The position numbers and the translations under genes are program-made. From contig CAXXVS010000003.1 of the NCBI GenBank assembly GCA_963674755.2, positions 288,001 to 352,000 on the forward strand: 64,000 bases of DNA. The letters run 5' to 3'. This DNA is from Desulfobacterales bacterium (lineage in GTDB: Bacteria > Desulfobacterota > Desulfobacteria > Desulfobacterales > UBA5852). Each line of letters starts with the position of its first letter. Positions within the stretch are counted from its first letter, which is position 1. This document shows positions 58,047-64,000 of this stretch, in pieces. Under the pieces are notes generated by a model. That model saw only the letters and a program-made list of their open reading frames with translations, was not told the origin of the DNA and did no database searches.

Positions 58047-61000
58047 TCAAAAAAGTTTAAGCTGCACCTGCTGCACCTTACGGTCCACGGCAAGCTGCGG
58101 GGACTGGTGCTTCAAGAGCTGGCGCTCGATGTCGGACACAAACGGAGATAAGTCCCGCACTTCCTGACGGCCAAATAGGCGCCGCTTGCGGGACCATGTC
58201 AGATAAAGCTGCTCTTTGGCGCGGGTCAGTGCCACGTAAAACAGACGCCGCTCTTCATCCACATCCACGACGGCGCTATCCCCGCGACAAAGGGGAATCA
58301 AACCTTCCTCGCACCCAACGATAAATACCACCGGAAACTCCAATCCTTTGGCCGCGTGGATGGTGGACAAGGTCACTTTCTCCACCCGGGGCTGCACCAT
58401 ATCGGCATCACTTTGCAGGGCCAGCCGGGCGAAAAAACGCTCCGGATCCCCCTGGCATTGTCCGGCATGGACCACCAGGCGGTTCGCCGATTCCTGCAAC
58501 CGCGCGGCGTCATCCTCCTCCTTTGTCCATTGGGCGGCCAGATGGCGGATGCGATCGGCAAGAGATAAGGACCTCAATTCGGCCGTGTGGTTTTGCAGAT
58601 CGTCCAGTGCCTGGGCGAGCCGTCGCCTTTTGGACGCTGAGAGCGCCTGAAAAGGCCCGGCATCGATCTGCTCCATAGCTTGTGAAATGGTAAACTGATG
58701 GTGGTCCATGACGTCCAGCAATACCATCACGCTGGTTTTATCCATGGGGGGCAGCAGAAAAGCGGCCATTCGATTGATATCGTTGGCGGTTGCCATACCA
58801 TAAGTGATGCGCAACAACGACAACCATGCCGCTACCCGCGGGTCTTCATAGTAGTGCCGGCGGCTGGCGGTTTGAAAGGGAATGCCGGCCTGCGCGAAGA
58901 TCTCCGACAAAGTATCAGCCTGCTGGCTGGTACGGTAAAGGACAGCAAAATCCGCAAAGCTGTAATCGTGGGTCGCATAGCCGTCCACCTTGCCGGAATC
59001 GATCGCCAAAAAACCGGCTCCGCCGACGGCCTTTTCGATGGTCTGCCCCACCGCAACGGCTTCGGCCTTTTCCGACGGCAGCTCGATCACCGCCAGGTGC
59101 GGCATGCCGGTCAACCCCGAATAGAGCCGGGCCCCCATTCCCCCCAGACCGGATAGAGGGCTTTGACTGGGGCGGATCACCTGACCGGAGGCCGCCAAAA
59201 TGGTTTCGGTGGAGCGGTAGTTGCGAGTGAGGTGCACGACCCGGGCGTCAGGATAGTCTTCCACGAACTGGTTGAAGAAGGCCACATCGGATCCCCGAAA
59301 GCCGTAGATGGCCTGGTCCGGATCGCCGATCACGCAGAGATTCCCGTCCGGGGGCACCAGCCGCCGGATCAGACGGTACTGTCCGAAATTCAAATCCTGG
59401 TATTCATCCACAAACACATGGGAAAAGCGCTGGCGGCATCCTTTCAAAAATGCGGCGTCGTTTTCCAGCCGTCGAACCACCCTGAAGATCAAGTCTTCAA
59501 AGTCCAGAAGGTCTTGATCCTCCATGAAACGCTGATAGACGCCATAGGCGCGGGCAAATTGGCTGGCCGGCGCTTCCGGCGCCACGGATTCGAAATGATC
59601 TTCCGGGCCCCGCAAGCGCTGTTTGGCATCGACGATCTTCTTCAGAAGTGATTGGGCACTGACGGTCACCGCATCGCCATCCTGAACAAGGCGGTGCAAG
59701 ACCCGTTGGATGATAAACAGGCGCTCTTCATCATTGACAATGCGCAGCGCCCGCCCGGCCGTTTCTTCCCGGATCAGGGTCCAGCACAAGGCATGGAAGG
59801 TGACCGTCATGGGCAGCGCCATATCCTCGTCCAGCAAATGCACCAGACGTGAGCGCATTTCCTCGGCGGCCTTTTCGGTAAAGGTCACCGCCAGCACGGC
59901 TTCCGGCGGCAGGCCGCGCTCCTGGATCAAATGGGCGATCCGGTGGGTCAGGGTGCGCGTCTTGCCTGTTCCCGGACCGGCCACGATCAACAGCGGCCCG
60001 TTTCCATGGGTGATGGCTTGCTGTTGGGCGTTATTGTCCCGCTCCGGTTTTCCTGTAAGTTGTTTCTTCAAAGGTAAATCGTCGTAAAAACGGCTGTCCT
60101 CCTCAACTGGGGAATGATCAGCCGGTCGGTTGTTCGGAGCCGGTTCCTTGGCCGGCATGCCCGGAAAAAGTACCCGTTGCCCCAGCAGAGCAGCCTTTTC
60201 TTTATCTGTAAAAATACGGATGCGGCCGAACTCGCCGTCAAACCCGGCTTTAATGTTTACTTCCCCGGAGCGCATACGGCGAATGGCTTCCCCCAGTAAA
60301 GGGATGCCCAGGGCGTCAATATCTTCCGGGAGGGCCTGGCGCAGAATGTAAAGCTCGTTTCCCAGGGAAGACAACGCGAGATGATAAGCCCGTTTGACGG
60401 TCTTCGTAGCCGGCCCCACCTGAAGCACCTCGGCCAGGATTTCCACGAAGGGAATCAAACTTTCAAAAGGCGGATAACCATTCGGTACGGTTTCCGGGGT
60501 ACGGTCGGCCAGGGCCTGAACCCGGTTGAACACCCCCACGGTGAGCGCTCGGCCGCAGACCGGACATATCCCCTTGAATTTCCGGGTCTCCTCGGGGGTG
60601 AGAGACACCCCGCACTTGCGATGCCCGTCCAGATGATATTTTCCCTCCTCGGGATGAAATTCGATGGTACCACCAAAATGACCAAGGGAAGGGTTTTCCA
60701 GAGCGGCACGGATGGCGCTATAGGCTGGTTCGCAATGAAATAGGTTGGCTTCCCGGGCCAGTTTGGAAGCCGAGTGGGCGTCTGAGTTGGAGACGAGGGT
60801 CAGCCGATCCAGGCTGGATACCAGCCGATTCATGGGCGGATCCGACGAAAGACCGGTTTCGACCGCAAAAATGTGGCCGGAAAGATCCCCGAAACAGTCC
60901 TCCAGGCTGTCAAAGCCGGATTTCGATCCCAGGAGCGAAAACCAGGGGGTCCAGATATGGGCCGGTATCAAAAAAGCGCGTTCATCCGTCTCCAGCAGGA

Positions 61001-61448
61001 TTTCCAGCAGATCGCGGGCGTCCAGACCGAGAATGGGGCGGCCGTCGGAGCGAATATTGCCGATATCATCCAAGCGCCGGTTGAACCGCTCCGCAGCGTC
61101 CAGACTGGGCAGAAAGACGAGGTTATGGTTTTTCCTGGTTTGACCGTCTTTTTTGTAAATATTGCTGATTTCCGATACCAGCAGAAAGCGCACGGGCGCA
61201 CGGCATCCGGTCGGCACGCGGGATGCGCAGGCCGAGGTCAGCTCGTCATTGAGCCGGAACAAGCCATCGCCGTCCGGGACCAGCTTGGCCCTGATTTCCG
61301 ACATCCAGCCGGGATGGGTGGCATCGCCCGTACCGAGAACCGCCAGCCCTTTCATTTGGGCGGCCGTATGAAGTTGCTCCAGATCGAGATCCTTGGAGGT
61401 GGCCCGGGAAAACCGGGAGTGGATATGCAGATCAGCTAAAAACGTCAT
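58047..61448 (-). CDS. Endonuclease Q (PHP + Zn finger) / UvrD-PcrA helicase fusion
   Basis: N-terminal DLHIHSRFS, PAHIWTPW, SNSDAHS, GHRKC..CPVCG; C-terminal AGPGTGKT, VDEYQD, GDPDQAIYGFRG, NYRS, AKGLEF, EERRLFYVALTRA. Confidence 0.9.
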   Translation of the reverse strand: MTFLADLHIHSRFSRATSKDLDLEQLHTAAQMKGLAVLGTGDATHPGWMSEIRAKLVPDGDGLFRLNDELTSACASRVPTGCRAPVRFLLVSEISNIYKKDGQTRKNHNLVFLPSLDAAERFNRRLDDIGNIRSDGRPILGLDARDLLEILLETDERAFLIPAHIWTPWFSLLGSKSGFDSLEDCFGDLSGHIFAVETGLSSDPPMNRLVSSLDRLTLVSNSDAHSASKLAREANLFHCEPAYSAIRAALENPSLGHFGGTIEFHPEEGKYHLDGHRKCGVSLTPEETRKFKGICPVCGRALTVGVFNRVQALADRTPETVPNGYPPFESLIPFVEILAEVLQVGPATKTVKRAYHLALSSLGNELYILRQALPEDIDALGIPLLGEAIRRMRSGEVNIKAGFDGEFGRIRIFTDKEKAALLGQRVLFPGMPAKEPAPNNRPADHSPVEEDSRFYDDLPLKKQLTGKPERDNNAQQQAITHGNGPLLIVAGPGTGKTRTLTHRIAHLIQERGLPPEAVLAVTFTEKAAEEMRSRLVHLLDEDMALPMTVTFHALCWTLIREETAGRALRIVNDEERLFIIQRVLHRLVQDGDAVTVSAQSLLKKIVDAKQRLRGPEDHFESVAPEAPASQFARAYGVYQRFMEDQDLLDFEDLIFRVVRRLENDAAFLKGCRQRFSHVFVDEYQDLNFGQYRLIRRLVPPDGNLCVIGDPDQAIYGFRGSDVAFFNQFVEDYPDARVVHLTRNYRSTETILAASGQVIRPSQSPLSGLGGMGARLYSGLTGMPHLAVIELPSEKAEAVAVGQTIEKAVGGAGFLAIDSGKVDGYATHDYSFADFAVLYRTSQQADTLSEIFAQAGIPFQTASRRHYYEDPRVAAWLSLLRITYGMATANDINRMAAFLLPPMDKTSVMVLLDVMDHHQFTISQAMEQIDAGPFQALSASKRRRLAQALDDLQNHTAELRSLSLADRIRHLAAQWTKEEDDAARLQESANRLVVHAGQCQGDPERFFARLALQSDADMVQPRVEKVTLSTIHAAKGLEFPVVFIVGCEEGLIPLCRGDSAVVDVDEERRLFYVALTRAKEQLYLTWSRKRRLFGRQEVRDLSPFVSDIERQLLKHQSPQLAVDRKVQQVQLKLF

Positions 61449-61567
61449 TGTTTCCAATCCCTTTTGTCATCCCGGAGCGCCTGGGAGGAGCATCTTTGAT
61501 CCCGTGACGGAAATATCCGCCACGGGATCGTCGGAACCCTTAAAAATCTTGTAATCGCAAGACAATC

Positions 61568-61615
61568 AGGCTATATATATTCACTTTTTAGTAAGCGCCA
61601 TACCATATATTGTAT
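61568..61615. promoter_or_regulatory. Tandem NrdR-box-like sites
   Basis: AGGCTATATATATTCA (61568) and ATACCATATATTGTAT (61600), 32 bp apart, compared with the consensus acaCwAtATaTwGtgt. Confidence 0.5.
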
Positions 61616-61658
61616 TTTAGCCTGAAACCCTATTCACCATCAATGGGTATATAAAGCT

Positions 61659-62270
61659 ATGGGCCTTTTGTCTCCAAGCGTATCGATCACCCAGTATCGC
61701 GTCGAGGGCCAACTGCCTTCGCCGGTCAACGAGCAGGTGACCGCCGCGTTGCAAAACAATACGATTAATGAAATCGACAACGATGCCAGCGAGCAAACCA
61801 TGGGGTGGACATCGTTTGACGATCCCTACCGGCCCGATTTCGAGGGATCCCGCTTTGTCATCGATACCGCCTGGGTCTTTTCCCTGCGGATCGATAAAAA
61901 GAGTATCCCCGCCAAGGTGCTGAAGAAGCATTATAATATGGAGGTGGCCAAACGGCTGGCCGAATCCGGGCGGGACTACCTTTCCAAGGCGGAGAAAAAG
62001 CAGATTAAAGAGCATGTCCTGACCGTGCTCAACATGCGCATACCGGCCACGCCCAATGTCTACGATATTCTCTGGAAATACGAAGAGGGGCTGTTGTGGT
62101 TTTTTACCAACTTGAAAGCGGCCAATGAAGCGCTGGAAACCCTGTTTACCCGTTCCTTCAAACTTCGTCTGGTGCGCTTGTTTCCTTACACGGCCGGTCT
62201 GCAGGCCGGTTTGAGCGGTCCGGAACAAGATGCCCTCGACCAATTGAAACCAACCCTTTTCATGGAATAG
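61659..62270 (+). CDS. RdgC-like recombination-associated protein
   Basis: MGW, FSLRIDKKSIP, K.EKKQIKE.V...L; resembles the RdgC N-terminal half. Confidence 0.7.
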   Translation: MGLLSPSVSITQYRVEGQLPSPVNEQVTAALQNNTINEIDNDASEQTMGWTSFDDPYRPDFEGSRFVIDTAWVFSLRIDKKSIPAKVLKKHYNMEVAKRLAESGRDYLSKAEKKQIKEHVLTVLNMRIPATPNVYDILWKYEEGLLWFFTNLKAANEALETLFTRSFKLRLVRLFPYTAGLQAGLSGPEQDALDQLKPTLFME

Positions 62271-62273
62271 ATC

Positions 62274-62804
62274 ATGCTGGATATTGCCGTCGCCTATCGC
62301 CGCTACCAGTTCATCGGCGATGAATTCCTCACCTGGCTCTGGTATACCCTTGAGCAGGATGCCCGGCTTCTAACGCGCATCGATCCGGAAATCGCCGCGC
62401 TGGAAATCGGCAACCGGATGGTTTTCGAAAACCGCTACCGCAAAGACAACGAGGAAACGGTCACCATTAAAGGAGAAGAGGCTAATATGGACGAGGGGCT
62501 GCTGGCCCTGAAAAAAGGCGCCATGGTGACCGAAGTCAACCTCGTCTACCGTTCCGGCGACCAGGAATGGCGCTTCAACCTGAAGGGCGAAAGCCTCAAT
62601 CTGTCCAGTCTGCGCGTTCCGGAAACCGGCAAAATCGAAACCCGGGAGGATATCGAGGGCGCTGTTATCGAAAAAACCTATTTATATGATAAAATCATTA
62701 AGTTAATTAATGTCTTATTTCAATATTTCATCAAGCTGCGCATATCCAATGAATGGTCGACCAAAACCGTACCGGGAATTCGCAAATGGATTTTATCCTC
62801 ATAA
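62274..62804 (+). CDS. Conserved-looking hypothetical protein, partner of the RdgC-like gene
   Basis: GDEFLTWLW motif; 3-bp gap after the RdgC-like ORF. Confidence 0.7.
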   Translation: MLDIAVAYRRYQFIGDEFLTWLWYTLEQDARLLTRIDPEIAALEIGNRMVFENRYRKDNEETVTIKGEEANMDEGLLALKKGAMVTEVNLVYRSGDQEWRFNLKGESLNLSSLRVPETGKIETREDIEGAVIEKTYLYDKIIKLINVLFQYFIKLRISNEWSTKTVPGIRKWILSS

Positions 62805-63000
62805 GCTGTTCACAAGATATTCACAGCCTGTCGATAACCACGGAGTTATGAACATGCGCCGGCGTGATGTTCACAAGGTGAGTTTTTTCAGCAGCTTTTC
62901 AACGCTTTATGAACAACCAATTTAGTATTTATCTTTAATAAAAATATATAGTTATAATTTTATTGGGCGTATCGACAGGTTATTATCTCCTTTATTTATT
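62793..63000. other. Candidate replication origin (DnaA-box cluster plus AT-rich unwinding tract)
   Basis: Box-like 9-mers at 62793, 62807(-), 62817, 62829(-), 62846, 62868(-), 62907 and 62969; AT-rich tract about 62918-62963. Confidence 0.6.
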
Positions 63001-63024
63001 ACTCTTATATAAAGGATAGAATAG

Positions 63025-64000
63025 ATGAAATTCACTATCAAAAAAGCGGATATTCAGGATGTGCTGGCAAAAGTGCAGGGATTGGCAGGCCGCAAGACCA
63101 ATCTGGCCATTACCACCAATGTACTGATTCGATCGGAAGGCTCGGATATCGCGATTACCGCCACGGATCTCGAAACCGGTTTTGAAGGGCATTATCCGGC
63201 CGCCATCGAAACGCCTGGCAGCATTGCCATCAATGCCAAAAAGCTTTTTGAAATTATTAAAGAATTTCCATCCGATGAAATTTCGATCAACGAAACCGAA
63301 AATCAGTGGATCGAAATCCGCAATCAGAATGTCGAATTCCATATCATGGGGATGAATCCGGATGAATTCCCGGATAATCCCAGCATCGATGATGTCGCCT
63401 TTTTCGAAGTGGATTCCGGTGCCTTCGGCAAAATGATCGATAAAACCATTTTTGTATCCGGTGCCGGGGACGACCGCCGCGCTCATATCACCGGTGCCCT
63501 GATGGAGATTCTGCACCAGGAAAGCCCCCCATTGTTTCGTCTGGTGTCCACCGACGGCAGCCGGCTAACCAAAGTGGATTATCCGTTTGGAGATGATCCC
63601 CAACTGCCCCAAATTTCGGCGACTATCATTCCCAAAAAGGGATTGAGCGAAATCGGGAAATTCTTGGAGCAGGGGGGAAATGTTCAACTGGGCATTCAAA
63701 ATAATAATTTTATTGTTAAAAAGGCCAATGAAATCATTATCGTAAGACTTTTGGAGGGCGATTTTCCCCAGTATCAGGATATCATCGTCACCCCTGAGAA
63801 CGCCTATGAGATCAAGCTGCCCAAGACCGCCTTTTTAAAAACCCTGCGGCGCATGTCCATTTTGTCGACGGAGAACTATAAAGGGGTTATATTTAAGTTT
63901 GATCAGGATCGTCTTGAAATCAGGGCCAACAACCCGGAATTGGGAGAATCAAAAGAGGACTTGCCGATCACCTTTGCGGGTGAAGTGATTGAAGGTGCTT
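63025..64000 (+). CDS. dnaN: DNA polymerase III beta sliding clamp, 3' end outside the window
   Basis: MKFTIKK..ATDLE..VSTDGSRL..IIPKKG..RLLEGDFP; open to the window end, so absent from the ORF track. Confidence 0.95.
   Translation, partial: MKFTIKKADIQDVLAKVQGLAGRKTNLAITTNVLIRSEGSDIAITATDLETGFEGHYPAAIETPGSIAINAKKLFEIIKEFPSDEISINETENQWIEIRNQNVEFHIMGMNPDEFPDNPSIDDVAFFEVDSGAFGKMIDKTIFVSGAGDDRRAHITGALMEILHQESPPLFRLVSTDGSRLTKVDYPFGDDPQLPQISATIIPKKGLSEIGKFLEQGGNVQLGIQNNNFIVKKANEIIIVRLLEGDFPQYQDIIVTPENAYEIKLPKTAFLKTLRRMSILSTENYKGVIFKFDQDRLEIRANNPELGESKEDLPITFAGEVIEGA

Noticed and set aside
61498..61529. Hairpin GATCCCGTG..CACGGGATC as a terminator or riboswitch
   Set aside because: It lies between divergent genes with no U tract on either strand and no recognisable aptamer, so no function can be supported.

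Overview
Core chromosomal window of a GC-rich sulfate-reducing deltaproteobacterium, probably Desulfobacterales (inferred from dsrABDN, cytochrome c3 and gene content). From left to right: the tail of a PabB-PabC fusion; moaB and pyrR; a moaE-moaC-rmuC-mltA-tatB-tatC-ycaO-dynamin run; tetraheme cytochrome c3; dsrABD-dsrN preceded by a TPR gene and a kinase-fold-like unknown gene; dapA; a glycerol locus (GlpSTPQUV-type ABC transporter, glpR with two operator-like sites, glpAB, glpK) in which GlpC is replaced by a membrane heme-b/heme-c/4x[4Fe-4S] protein plus an HdrB-like protein; ilvE; a glycogen cluster that lacks glgC but has a eukaryote-type UGPase, a GH13+GH133 debranching enzyme and a eukaryote-type branching enzyme; a solitary dnaK; an atypical thioredoxin reductase; proC; a UGA-containing DsbA-like selenoprotein that the ORF track truncates; an EndoQ-UvrD fusion ending in a beta-clamp motif; an RdgC-like gene pair; and a DnaA-box/AT-rich oriC candidate directly before dnaN, with no dnaA alongside. 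I saw no rRNA, tRNA, CRISPR array or mobile element. All family calls come from reading motifs by eye; no database searches were run.
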